Source: a virus (Duplodnaviria > Heunggongvirae > Uroviricota > Caudoviricetes). Taken from it: a stretch of 36,127 bases of DNA. The stretch is taken from the IMG/VR virus record IMGVR_UViG_2627854066_000004, positions 1 through 36,127 of that record; one strand, given 5' to 3'. A model generated the notes under the pieces. That model was not told where the DNA came from. It saw only the letters and a program-made list of their open reading frames with translations, and ran no database searches. The position numbers were made by a program, and so were the translations under genes. Within the stretch, counting starts at the first letter, position 1. Every line of letters begins with the position of its first letter. This document shows, piece by piece, positions 9,082 through 18,627 of the stretch.

Positions 9082-9393
9082 ATGACGACACCAACCAGAC
9101 GGATAAGTTTCTATCTGAAGCCCGCCGCCGTCAAGAACGAAGGCGAAGCATGCGCCTGGCTGGACAGCCTTACACCAGAAGCCCGCAAAAGCGGCCAACG
9201 CGTGGCTTTTCTGGCCGGGCTGGCACTTCTGAAAATGAATCCGGCAGAGGCTTACCGACTGGCTGCATGGGCTGACGATGAGGCGTTATCGGTGACACAA
9301 ACCAGGACAGAACGCCCCGCGTCACAGCCAGTATCAACCGCACAGATAACCAGTCAGATGGCCAGAAATATCCGGGCGTTATTTCCCGAATAA
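9082..9393 (+). CDS. StbB/ParR-like small DNA-binding partner (putative ribbon-helix-helix)
   Basis: 104 aa directly downstream of the StbA-like gene, AAGGAG RBS overlapping its 3' end; N-terminal beta-strand-like RRISFYLKP and C-terminal NIRALFPE resemble StbB as I recall it. Confidence 0.5.
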   Translation: MTTPTRRISFYLKPAAVKNEGEACAWLDSLTPEARKSGQRVAFLAGLALLKMNPAEAYRLAAWADDEALSVTQTRTERPASQPVSTAQITSQMARNIRALFPE

Positions 9394-9399
9394 CACAAC

Positions 9400-9421
9400 A
9401 TCAGGGCGCATCCGCCCTGAT
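9400..9421 (+). terminator. stem-loop after the stbAB-like unit
   Basis: ATCAGGGCG-CATC-CGCCCTGAT, a 9-bp perfect stem; the downstream T-tract is weak (GACTTT). Confidence 0.4.
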
Positions 9422-9456
9422 GACTTTAATCCGGGAACATAAACAAGGGGGACACA

Positions 9457-9792
9457 ATGCAACACATTGACAGAGAAAAAGAGCAGCGACTGATTGAGCG
9501 AATGGAAGCGCTGGCGAAAGAAGAAAATGTCAACATCCAAAAAATAGCTGAATGTGGCCAGATAGTTCTTCGTCGTGAAAAAGACATCAAGCAACTGATG
9601 TCTGGCGAAATCAGCAAAACATGGACTTCAGGCAAGAAGACGATTTATTGCAGCTTCTGCAATAAATCCCAGCACGAAGTCATAAAGGTGATTGCCGGAC
9701 CGTCTGTTTACATCTGCAATGAGTGCGTGGATTTGTGCAATGAAATTATCAGAGGAGAAGTGACAGACCATGAAGAAAAAACGCATGAATGA
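9457..9792 (+). CDS. small protein with C-terminal ClpX-type zinc-binding domain
   Basis: 111 aa; the C-terminal segment [38 protein letters not shown] is almost identical in pattern to the N-terminal C4 zinc-binding domain of ClpX (recalled as [38 protein letters not shown]). The N-terminal 60 aa are unrelated. Confidence 0.7.
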   Translation: MQHIDREKEQRLIERMEALAKEENVNIQKIAECGQIVLRREKDIKQLMSGEISKTWTSGKKTIYCSFCNKSQHEVIKVIAGPSVYICNECVDLCNEIIRGEVTDHEEKTHE

Positions 9793-9857
9793 CGAATTTG
9801 ACGGCTTTTAATTTTATCGGGGCGCACTGTCTCCCCCCCCCGCACGAGGAAAACACG

Positions 9858-10382
9858 ATGAAAAAATACGAATACATGCTAATGAAAGAAGCACTGCGGG
9901 CTGGTCTGGCTCCCTGTCCTGTATCCGTAGAAGCTGTTGTTGGGAACACGATTTTCCGAACGCTGCGAAATCGCGTATCCGTGAAGATGATTCACCAACC
10001 ACCCAAATCTACCAGCATGATCTATCTGCCGCTGCCCGAGGCTATCAAACTTATGCGTTCGCTGAAATTTGCGATTTGGATGCAGACACAACTCAACAAA
10101 GCGGTGCAAAACACCTTCGTTAAGAAACTGATGCCGGAGCTTGCTGCCAGATGTGCAAAATGTACCAGACCCGCACTTCAATTTGATCTGTCATTGATTC
10201 AACAAGCTACGGAGGCAGAACTGTACCGCCTGTCACCTCTCCATGATGTTCACACGGAAGCCTCAGAAATGTTCCGGCTCATGTTTCAATTTAATTTTGC
10301 CGTTCGACGCACACGCGTTCAGGTCAATCGCATGATGCAGGCGCAGGAAGAGCTGACGCAACACAAAGGAGGCAACCAGTGA
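9858..10382 (+). CDS. hypothetical protein
   Basis: 174 aa from ATG 9858 with a GAGGA RBS; no domain recognised. Confidence 0.55.
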   Translation: MKKYEYMLMKEALRAGLAPCPVSVEAVVGNTIFRTLRNRVSVKMIHQPPKSTSMIYLPLPEAIKLMRSLKFAIWMQTQLNKAVQNTFVKKLMPELAARCAKCTRPALQFDLSLIQQATEAELYRLSPLHDVHTEASEMFRLMFQFNFAVRRTRVQVNRMMQAQEELTQHKGGNQ

Positions 10383-10903
10383 GCAAGATTGACTATCAGG
10401 CATTACGCGAACGCTATTCACCTGCGCCAGTACCGAAATGCCCTATTTGCGGCGAGGAAATGTCAATTCAGCGAATATCTGGAGCACAGGTTGTTTATGC
10501 CTGCTCCGGTTATGGTGATGATGGAGATTTCAAAATTGGTCGAACTCTTGCCGACGAACATTATGAAAAATCGCGCGTAACAGTGTTGGATGTCGGGGAT
10601 CCTGAAGTATTGGCGCTACTTGATTGGCTGGAAACTAAAGACAACCGAATCGCTGAACTGGAAAAAATCGCCACTGACTATGCACTTAAATTCCAGAAAG
10701 CACAGGACGCATTAAAGCATGCCGCTTTGCTGCATAGCCGGACGGCGCAACAAACAAATAATTTTGCAGTATCGCTTCCGGACATAAGCGAATATTTCAT
10801 TAATGACGTATTTCAGCCCTTGCGATACGAGCGGGATGTTGAAAGAGCCATCATAAAGGCTGGCGGAAAAGCATTGTGGCAGGAGAAACACGACGACAGA
10901 TAA
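10379..10903 (+). CDS. hypothetical protein with N-terminal zinc-ribbon-like motif
   Basis: 174 aa; GTG start overlaps the upstream stop (GTGA) with an AAAGGAGG RBS; CPICGEEM...YACSGYG. Confidence 0.55.
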   Translation: MSKIDYQALRERYSPAPVPKCPICGEEMSIQRISGAQVVYACSGYGDDGDFKIGRTLADEHYEKSRVTVLDVGDPEVLALLDWLETKDNRIAELEKIATDYALKFQKAQDALKHAALLHSRTAQQTNNFAVSLPDISEYFINDVFQPLRYERDVERAIIKAGGKALWQEKHDDR

Positions 10904-10928
10904 AAATAACACCTGATCTCCCTCAAAC

Positions 10929-10954
10929 CAGGGCGATAATCGCGCATCGCCCTG
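10929..10954 (+). terminator. stem-loop after the three-gene unit
   Basis: CAGGGCGAT-AATCGCGC-ATCGCCCTG, a 9-bp stem; no clean T-tract immediately after. Confidence 0.35.
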
Positions 10955-10955
10955 C

Positions 10956-10982
10956 TGCACAATAGTGCACAAATTTGCACAA
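10956..10982. repeat. three TGCACAA repeats with 10-bp phasing
   Basis: TGCACAA at 10956, 10966 and 10976, followed by a T7 run. Confidence 0.5.
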
Positions 10983-11406
10983 TTTTTTTGAACGACTTTT
11001 TGCCCTTCCGGCCCGCGTGGCGGCTGGATCCGTCAAGGATCCGTGCGTGCACAAAAAAACGCGTTTTTTCTGCGCGCAGGTGACGGGGGAACAGCCCGCG
11101 TTTCAGGGGGTAAATAGCATCCCCTGAACGATGTCGCAGCAACACAACAGAATGGCTGTATTTCTCACGCTGAGCGTGAAAAAGACGTGAGGGCTTTTGA
11201 TTTGATGGGGTGGCAGATAAGGCCGTCAAAATCGCACTGAGGCGGCGAGAACATGCAGTCAGCGCGATGGGATTGCGTAAGAGCCTGACCGTCGATGATG
11301 GCAATAAGCTGGAAGACGTCGTGAAATTATCTGATTGATACAGGAGCTGGAGAGTCGGGGCATAAATTTTTTATGCCCCGGCGAAGCAGCAGACAAGCGA
11401 AGCGCG

Positions 11407-12453
11407 TCAGGATGTGGGCTGGGTGTCCAGCAGTGCGTAAGGGTTAAAGCGGATCACCTCTTCGCCAAGCCAGTCATTGATGTGCTTCATAGCCTCCATG
11501 ACGGGCATCAGCTCGTTAATTGCGTAAACCCGCGCGGCCTTCTCCACATCACCAAACGCACTTTTTTCGCCCGGCATTGCCCCCATCAGTTGCGGCGGAA
11601 CGCGGTGCGCAGCCAGCACATCATCACGGGATGCCGCCTTAACATTCATGAACTCATCCTTTGCGGTGATCTGCTGGAACGGCAAAATTTGCACCCCCTC
11701 TTTGCCCCCGTTGGGCGCGTGGATGAGCACGTTTTTAAACGCACCACCACCACGCGCACCCTGTAACGTTTCTTTCAGGGAGTCCATGCTTTCGCGGTTT
11801 ACCTGCGCTGCACCGATGTAGATGATGCACCCGGCGTGGGATCCGTTGTCGTAATACAGTTTTCTGAACATGTCCGCCGAATGAGACAGGCTGGCCGAGA
11901 GTAATGCGCCAAGATATTCCGGCATGCCGTAAATTTCCTGGTTAATGTCCGGATTCATCAGGTGGCACACTTTGCCAGGGCAAAACTGAAACGCGTCCTT
12001 GCCATCCTGCACATACCACCATGATTCAAGATCGCTTCCGCGTCGCATGTATTTCGCCAGTGCGTGCCGTAATTTAAGTGGTTCGCCGAGCATATTGCTC
12101 CGAAGCTCAAGGAATGCGTTACCGAACACAAACCAGTCCAGCGCCAGCGCCGAGAAATCCTGCCGGGAAAGCAGCGGGTGCGGGATGTAGCAACCGAGCA
12201 ATACATTGCGCTTAAAGTAAAGCGCAGACTGATGCCAGGACGTTTGCCGGGCGGCTCTTGCCAGACCGTACCAGTCCACCGGGGTTTCATACCACCGCCC
12301 GTTATCAGCACAGTACATATTGTCCAGCAGGTCATGCCCGGTCAGGCGATAAGGACCATCAAATGTGAATGCACTGAGCGATGATTCTTTCCTGAGCGCA
12401 TCAGCGAGATCAATGCGTGAACTCATGCGCACTTTTTTATTTTTTCTGCTCAT
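11407..12453 (-). CDS. Q: portal vertex protein, P2 gpQ family
   Basis: 348 aa, size and position as P2 Q, leftward and adjacent to terminase P. Confidence 0.85.
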   Translation of the reverse strand: MSRKNKKVRMSSRIDLADALRKESSLSAFTFDGPYRLTGHDLLDNMYCADNGRWYETPVDWYGLARAARQTSWHQSALYFKRNVLLGCYIPHPLLSRQDFSALALDWFVFGNAFLELRSNMLGEPLKLRHALAKYMRRGSDLESWWYVQDGKDAFQFCPGKVCHLMNPDINQEIYGMPEYLGALLSASLSHSADMFRKLYYDNGSHAGCIIYIGAAQVNRESMDSLKETLQGARGGGAFKNVLIHAPNGGKEGVQILPFQQITAKDEFMNVKAASRDDVLAAHRVPPQLMGAMPGEKSAFGDVEKAARVYAINELMPVMEAMKHINDWLGEEVIRFNPYALLDTQPTS

Positions 12454-14203
12454 CAGAACTCCATAACCGTGAAACGCTCGTTTTCTCCTTCGCCGCCAAT
12501 TGGTTCGTTAATGACAGCAAGCATGGTTGCCCACGCAAGGTCGCCGTGGCTGATCCCCCTCGCGCGGTCCGTTTCGTAAGTGATAAAGCCGCCCGGTGTT
12601 TTCACCTTACGCACGGCGTTAAAGGCCGCGACCAGCTCGCGTTCGGCGCGATCGTATTCCCACCGTCCGGCACGCATTATTTGCAGCATTTTCAGTACCA
12701 GCGACCGTTTGGATGACAGCGTGAAGGTGTACGGAATAGCAGCAGGGAAAAACCGCTTCACTATCTGATAAACAGCCTCCCCGTTCCCGCCCGTCACATC
12801 AATGCCGATGTGTTCCACGTTGTAGCGACACGTGAACTCTTCAATGACTCTGGCCTGTTCTTCAAACTCCAGCCCCTGAACGCGTCGCGTCTCCACCGTT
12901 CGAAAACGGCCACCAGGAACAGCCGGAGGAACCACCACGGACACAGCGCCGCTGTCGCCGTTGCCACTGCTGCCGTTTGCGTCATACCCAATCCATACCG
13001 GACGATTCCCCATCGGGCGGGGAGCAAAAGGTTTCCAGTCTTTCCAGTCGTCGTATCCGTCAACACCGCAGCCAATCAGGATATTCAGGTTAAATGCCGA
13101 TTCCCCTTCGCGGACAAACTCACACATATAGAGATTGCGGAACTCGTCTTCGGTGTTTTCATCACGAATTTCGTCAATATCGGTGTGTTTCCAGCCGTGA
13201 TTAACCACATCTTCCAGCGTGACAATTTGCCGCCACGTCCGGTCAGGGCAGATAAGCCCGTTATGCAGCGTTTTCCAGTCCACAGAAAAACGCTGGCGTT
13301 TATGCGTGGCCTTTTTCTCGTTCCAGCGGTCGCCGTTCCAGTAGGCGTATGCCTCGTGCGTTTCGGTGGATGGCGTGGAGAAGTAGGTGCGCCGCAGTCC
13401 GCTGAGGGTTGCCATAGCGCCAGCCACCTTGCGCAGTTCAGCAAAGCGGCTGACCCAGAAAAATTCATCAAAATAAAAATTGCCCGTGTAGGACTGTGCC
13501 GTCGCAGCAGAAGTACCAAGAAAATGCAGCTCTGCACCGTTGGAGAGGATGATTTTATCGCCCCCTTTCAGCTCCACATCAACTTCAGATGCAGCCTTCT
13601 GAATAATGCTTTTAAACTGGAACGCCTGACGACGCGACGCAGACAAAAAAATCTGGTTACGCTGGTAAGGTTGTGCCACATCGTCACGCAGTGCCATCAG
13701 CAGTGCTTCCTGTGCAAAATACCAGGTCGCCCCAATCTGTCGGGATTTCAGGATCATCCTGTTACGTATCCCGGCTTCCCTGCAAAGGGTCAGAGAGTCA
13801 AACCAGCCCCGCTGATGCCACTCCAGCCTGCTGATGATTTTTTCCCGCAGTGCGGCAATCTGTTCCGGCGTGAAATGATTTTTGAGTTTTTCGCCCGGCT
13901 TTTCTTTCCTGTGGCCGTCGCATCCGGCTGGCCATCATGCAGTTTTTTAAGCTGCCGGGTCAGCAGGTCTATTTCCTTGAAGTCACCACCTGTTTTACTC
14001 TGTTTTTCAGTAAGCTGGATGAGGCGCGCATCGATGGACTGCGTGACACGCTGCACGGGTGGTGTTTCATCCCACTGGTCGCGTTTTTTCCACGCATAAA
14101 TCGTGTTCGGGTTTATTCCCATCAGACGTGATATTTCTGCGGGCGGATAACCCTGCCAGTAAAGTTGCCGCGCACGCTGGCGCACAAAAGCGTCCTGAAT
14201 CAT
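12453..14203 (-). pseudogene. P: terminase large subunit (P2 gpP family), interrupted by an apparent -1 frameshift
   Basis: The N-terminal piece (ORF 13790-14203) and the C-terminal piece (ORF 12453-13757, whose frame stays open upstream) are in different frames. The switch lies in a T-run at about 13899-13909: GGAAAG where GGAAAAG would give a continuous ...ATATGKEKPGEKLKNHF... Confidence 0.75.
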
Positions 14204-14357
14204 TGCTCCCCCTGAGTAATTACAGGAAGATTACCCGCGCGCGAAACCGTTCTCCTTAACCCCCTGTTCTGGCCGTTTTCTTACAACAAAAGCCCTTTGT
14301 ATCAGCCTGTTACGCTTTGCCATCATGACTGAAGAACCAGTCAGAGGGGCAAAAACT
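14204..14357. promoter_or_regulatory. divergent late-promoter region between P and O
   Basis: 154-bp gap between divergently transcribed packaging and head operons; promoter elements were not resolved. Confidence 0.35.
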
Positions 14358-15194
14358 ATGACTAATGAAAAAAAGACATCCCGCAAAAAGTTTCGCGTGG
14401 CTGTCTCCGGTGTGACGGCAGACGGGCGCGAAATCAACGGCGACATGCTGAAAGCTGCCGCCACCAGTTATAACCCGTCCGTTTATGGTGCACGTGTGAA
14501 TATTGAGCACATCCTGTCACCACTCCCCGGCAGCGAGTTTTCCGCTATGGGCGATGTTGTGGGGTTGAGCACCGAAGACATAACCGATGGCCCGCTGGCA
14601 GGCCGCACGGCACTGTATGCCGAAATTGAGCCGACCGCTCGCATGATGTCCCTGCTTAACGATGGTAAAAAAATTTACTCCAGTATTGAGCTGGAACCAC
14701 AGTCAACCATCACGGGAGGCCCTTACCTGCGCGGGCTGGCAATGACCGACACCCCCGCCAGCCTGGGCACGGAACGTCTGGCCTTTGCGGCACAACAACG
14801 TATGCAACTGATGACATTCAACTGTCAGCAGGGAGACGTGGCGATGTTTACCGCCGCTATGGAGTCAGAACTTATCGAACTCACCGAACAACGTCAGGAA
14901 GAAGGCACCCAGTGGTTTAACCGCGTTATGGGGATTATTGGCCGTGGCCGCAAAGCGGATGACGCCAGTTTCTCCCGTATTCAGGAAGCGGTGGAAGGTG
15001 TCGCAACATCACAGGCCGACATTATCGACCGTTTTAATGCACTGGAAACCCGCCATCAGCAGGACAGCCAGAAAATCACTTCGCTGACCACAGAGCTGAC
15101 AGCACTGAAGGAAAAACTGCGCACGCAGGACGGCGATCCGCAGAACCGGTTCACCGCAACGGGCGCAGCCTCCGACCAGCTGGCTGACTTCTGA
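14358..15194 (+). CDS. O: capsid scaffolding protein, P2 gpO family
   Basis: 278 aa from ATG 14358 with a GAGGGG RBS; first gene of the rightward head operon. Confidence 0.8.
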   Translation: MTNEKKTSRKKFRVAVSGVTADGREINGDMLKAAATSYNPSVYGARVNIEHILSPLPGSEFSAMGDVVGLSTEDITDGPLAGRTALYAEIEPTARMMSLLNDGKKIYSSIELEPQSTITGGPYLRGLAMTDTPASLGTERLAFAAQQRMQLMTFNCQQGDVAMFTAAMESELIELTEQRQEEGTQWFNRVMGIIGRGRKADDASFSRIQEAVEGVATSQADIIDRFNALETRHQQDSQKITSLTTELTALKEKLRTQDGDPQNRFTATGAASDQLADF

Positions 15195-15217
15195 TAAGAC
15201 AAAGGAGCAAATTTTTT

Positions 15218-16270
15218 ATGAATCTGGTGATGTCAGATAATGCCCGTAACAAGCTGGGCTGCTACATGACGCGACAGGCGTCGATTAACAATATCCCGGT
15301 TTCTGGACTGGTATCGCGATTTACCGTGGAACCCGCGGTGCAGCAGCGTTTTGAAAACGCCTCAAAGGATAGCACCGAACTTACAAAAAAAATTAACGTG
15401 ATCGGTGTGACCGACCAGAAAGGCGAAAAAGTCCTCATGGACACCACCGGGCCGATTGCGCGCACAAATACCAGTTATGACGGCACAGATCGCCGCAACC
15501 CGATTAACGCTGTCGACCTGAAGTCCCGTCAGTACCAGTGTGAGCAGGTGAACTACGACACGTTTATTTCGTATCCGCAGCTTGATGCCTGGGCGGCGCA
15601 CAATGACTTCCAGACCCGCATCAGCGCACAGATTGCCCGACAGGTGGCGCTTGACCGCATCATGATCGGCTTTAACGGCACGTCACACGCGGAAAAATCC
15701 AACTTCAGCACCAACAAGCTGCTTCAGGACGTTAACGTGGGGTGGCTGGAGCACATCAGAACCAATGCCAGCGCGCGCGTAATGAATGACGTGACGCTGA
15801 CCTCCCGCAACATGGACAACACCGTGGCGCACGCGGGTAAGTATGCGAATGCTGATGCACTGGTTCAGGACGCACGCTCATCCCTGCTGGATGAATGGCA
15901 CAAGGAAGCTGACGACCTCGTGGTGATTATGGGGCGCAACCTGTTTAACTCGCTGCGTCTGCCCGTGCTGAACAGCATCAGCGGCCAGAATCCCAATGCG
16001 GAATTACTCGCCGGGCAGCTCATCCTGTCATCGCGCACCATTGGCGGGCTGGGTGTGTTCCTTGCGCCGTTCTTCCCGGATGCAACGATGCTGATCACCT
16101 CGTTCAACAACCTGTCGATTTACTGGCAGAAAGGTTCAATGCGTCGCCTGATGAAAGACGAGCCGGAATACAACCGCATCGCCACCTACCAGTCCATCAA
16201 TGACGCTTATGTCGTTGAAGACTATGGCAAGTGCGCGATGGTCACTGGCCTGAAGTTCGCCGACAGCTAA
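15218..16270 (+). CDS. N: major capsid protein, P2 gpN family
   Basis: 350 aa with an AAGGAG RBS, between the scaffold and small terminase genes. Confidence 0.85.
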   Translation: MNLVMSDNARNKLGCYMTRQASINNIPVSGLVSRFTVEPAVQQRFENASKDSTELTKKINVIGVTDQKGEKVLMDTTGPIARTNTSYDGTDRRNPINAVDLKSRQYQCEQVNYDTFISYPQLDAWAAHNDFQTRISAQIARQVALDRIMIGFNGTSHAEKSNFSTNKLLQDVNVGWLEHIRTNASARVMNDVTLTSRNMDNTVAHAGKYANADALVQDARSSLLDEWHKEADDLVVIMGRNLFNSLRLPVLNSISGQNPNAELLAGQLILSSRTIGGLGVFLAPFFPDATMLITSFNNLSIYWQKGSMRRLMKDEPEYNRIATYQSINDAYVVEDYGKCAMVTGLKFADS

Positions 16271-16315
16271 TCAACTCACGGCGGGCATCATGCCCGCCTG
16301 TAACGGAGAGAAACA

Positions 16316-17116
16316 ATGATTACTCCTGCACAGCAACACTGGCAGAACGTGATGGCACAGCGCGCAGGCCGGGCGAATGAAGGCGTGGACCACGCCGCGC
16401 GTACCGCGCATGAAGAGGTGCTGTATCGTCTGCGTCTGGCACAGGCCCGGCTTAAGGGCGTACAGGCCAGAAGCGCGAAAGCCGCCATCAAAAAAGAGTT
16501 GTTGCCGGATTTTTCCGGCTGGATTGAGGGAACGCTGGAGGCTGACGGCGGGCAGCAGGATGAAGTGATTGCCACGCTGATGGTGTGGGCGATTGACTGC
16601 GGCGATCTTCCGCTGGCGTTGCGTATTGGTGCGTATGTGGTCCGTCATAACCTCATTATGCCGGATAACTTTGGCCGTACTGCTGCCACAGTGCTGACCG
16701 AAGAAATCTGCAACCCGGTACTGACGCAGGCCGGGACGGATGCCGACGCGGATTTGTCCGCCTTTATCGAACCACTGGATACCCTCCGGGAGATTGTCAC
16801 CGACCAGGACATGCCGGACGAAGTGCGCGCCAAATTATGCAAGGCGTGCGCCTTTGCCCGCCGTGGCCTGAGCGATGCGGACAGCATGGCACTGTCACTG
16901 AAGCTGCTGCGCGAAGCAATGCACCTGAACCCGAACGCAGGTGTGAAACGCGAGATTGCAACCCTTTCCCGCGCCCTGAAAAAAGCCGATTCCGCAGCCG
17001 CACCAGAAGACGCCAGCGCACAGCAGGCGCAGGACGAAAGCAGCAAAAGTAAAAAGACAACGCGGAAGCCTGCAACACGAAAAACCACCGCGACGCAGAA
17101 GGCGAAGCGCGGTTAA
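16316..17116 (+). CDS. M: terminase small (endonuclease) subunit, P2 gpM family
   Basis: 266 aa with a lysine/arginine-rich C-terminal tail. Confidence 0.8.
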   Translation: MITPAQQHWQNVMAQRAGRANEGVDHAARTAHEEVLYRLRLAQARLKGVQARSAKAAIKKELLPDFSGWIEGTLEADGGQQDEVIATLMVWAIDCGDLPLALRIGAYVVRHNLIMPDNFGRTAATVLTEEICNPVLTQAGTDADADLSAFIEPLDTLREIVTDQDMPDEVRAKLCKACAFARRGLSDADSMALSLKLLREAMHLNPNAGVKREIATLSRALKKADSAAAPEDASAQQAQDESSKSKKTTRKPATRKTTATQKAKRG

Positions 17117-17217
17117 CGACTGACCCCGTCAGCGGGCGGCGTGCGCGGTGTTCCGGTCTGACTCCGTGACCGTTTACACCGCGCACCCACCGCCCGATTT
17201 TTTCAGGAGTGAACCCC

Positions 17218-17712
17218 ATGAGTATGGTTGCCAGAACCAACCCCGGACCCGCAGAGGACGACATCACCGATACCGATGATGGTGATACCCGTATTTCAGC
17301 AGGTGCATTCTGGCCGGATATTGTGCTGCGTGAGCTGCGTCTGGCGGTACGACTGCCGGGGCGCGTGACCACCTCCCGCCTGCTGCATACCGCCACCGGG
17401 GCCGTGGCACACGTTACCCGCGAGCTGGAAGCGTGGCAGCAGGAACAGCAGGCGGCTGGCCATCAGACGCTGGCCGATGTTCCGGCACCCGTAATTAACG
17501 GAGAAAGCGTCAATCTCTGGCACTGGCGCAATGCGGTTTACACCGCCACACGCGCCCTGATTCTGGAGCGTTACCGCGATGCGGACACAACGGACAAGGG
17601 CGACCGCCGGGCGGACGCACTGGATATACAGACATCGGATTTGTGGCGCGATGTGAGCTGGGCCATCTCTGACATTCTGTGCCGCCCGCGAATCTTTGCG
17701 GAGTTGTGCTGA
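17218..17712 (+). CDS. L: head completion/stabilisation protein, P2 gpL family
   Basis: 164 aa from ATG 17218 with a CAGGAG RBS. Confidence 0.8.
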   Translation: MSMVARTNPGPAEDDITDTDDGDTRISAGAFWPDIVLRELRLAVRLPGRVTTSRLLHTATGAVAHVTRELEAWQQEQQAAGHQTLADVPAPVINGESVNLWHWRNAVYTATRALILERYRDADTTDKGDRRADALDIQTSDLWRDVSWAISDILCRPRIFAELC

Positions 17713-17912
17713 TGAAAGTGAAGGCACTGGAAGGCGACACCGTGGATTCGCTCTGTTTCCGGTACTACGGCACGACGCAGGGCGTCACCGAAAAGGTGCT
17801 GGATGCCAACCCCGGACTCTGTCAGCAGGTATTTCTGGACGCCGGGCAGGAGGTGGAGATGCCGGAGCCGGAGAAGAAGAAACGAGAAATGATTCAGTTG
17901 TGGGGGGAGTAG
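17712..17912 (+). CDS. X: tail protein X
   Basis: 66 aa; start overlaps the L stop (TGATG). Confidence 0.7.
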   Translation: MKVKALEGDTVDSLCFRYYGTTQGVTEKVLDANPGLCQQVFLDAGQEVEMPEPEKKKREMIQLWGE

Positions 17913-17914
17913 CA

Positions 17915-18238
17915 GTGAGCACCATTCAAACAGGGATCACAGAGCAGGTTATTGCGTGGCTCTTTGACCACCTGCCAACGGTGTATGCAGTAGGCGCGGC
18001 GGTCAGCATTTCCGCGCTGATGAGTCTTTATGACGGACGAACACTGGTTCAGACCGTAACGGGATCGCTGGCGTGCGGCGTTCTTGCCATGGCCGTGGCC
18101 GGGTCGTTGCGCTTCTTCGGGTTTCCTGAAGATGCCGTGACGTTTATCGGCGCATCAATCGGTTTTATGGGTGCAGAGAAAGCACGCGACAAGGTTATTG
18201 CGGCCTTTAATCGCAGGGTGAAGGAGAAGGACGAATGA
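17915..18238 (+). CDS. holin
   Basis: 107 aa from a GTG start with a GGGGGGAG RBS; hydrophobic segments; located immediately upstream of the endolysin. Confidence 0.6.
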   Translation: MSTIQTGITEQVIAWLFDHLPTVYAVGAAVSISALMSLYDGRTLVQTVTGSLACGVLAMAVAGSLRFFGFPEDAVTFIGASIGFMGAEKARDKVIAAFNRRVKEKDE

Positions 18239-18627
18239 GCAACACATTTAAATTCAGCAGCCGGAGCGAAAAGAATTTGCAGGGCGTAAATCCTGATCTG
18301 GTGAAAGTGACCCGACGGGCACTGGAAATCTCGGAAGTGGATTTTGGTATCACCGAAGGGTTGCGCAGCCGTTACCGCCAGAAGCAACTGGTGGCCACGG
18401 GTAAGAGCCAGACCATGAACAGCCGCCACCTTACGGGACATGCCGTGGATGTTGTGGCTTATATCGGCAGCCAGGTGTCATGGGAATGGCCGCTGTACGA
18501 AAAAATCGCAGCAGCATTCAGACAGGCCAGCCGGCAACTGAATATTCCGGTGGAATGGGGCGGCGACTGGAAGACCCTGAAAGACGGACCGCATTTTCAG
18601 TTACCACACGGAGCCTATCCGGCATGA
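18235..18627 (+). CDS. endolysin, peptidase M15-type (L-alanyl-D-glutamate peptidase)
   Basis: 130 aa with the zinc-ligand motif SRHLTGHAVD and a downstream His; ATGA coupling with the holin. Confidence 0.7.
   Translation: MSNTFKFSSRSEKNLQGVNPDLVKVTRRALEISEVDFGITEGLRSRYRQKQLVATGKSQTMNSRHLTGHAVDVVAYIGSQVSWEWPLYEKIAAAFRQASRQLNIPVEWGGDWKTLKDGPHFQLPHGAYPA

Noticed and set aside
12810-14099. 429-aa plus-strand ORF antisense to terminase P
   Set aside because: Overlaps the terminase gene on the opposite strand; translation is not protein-like (runs of A, V, R).
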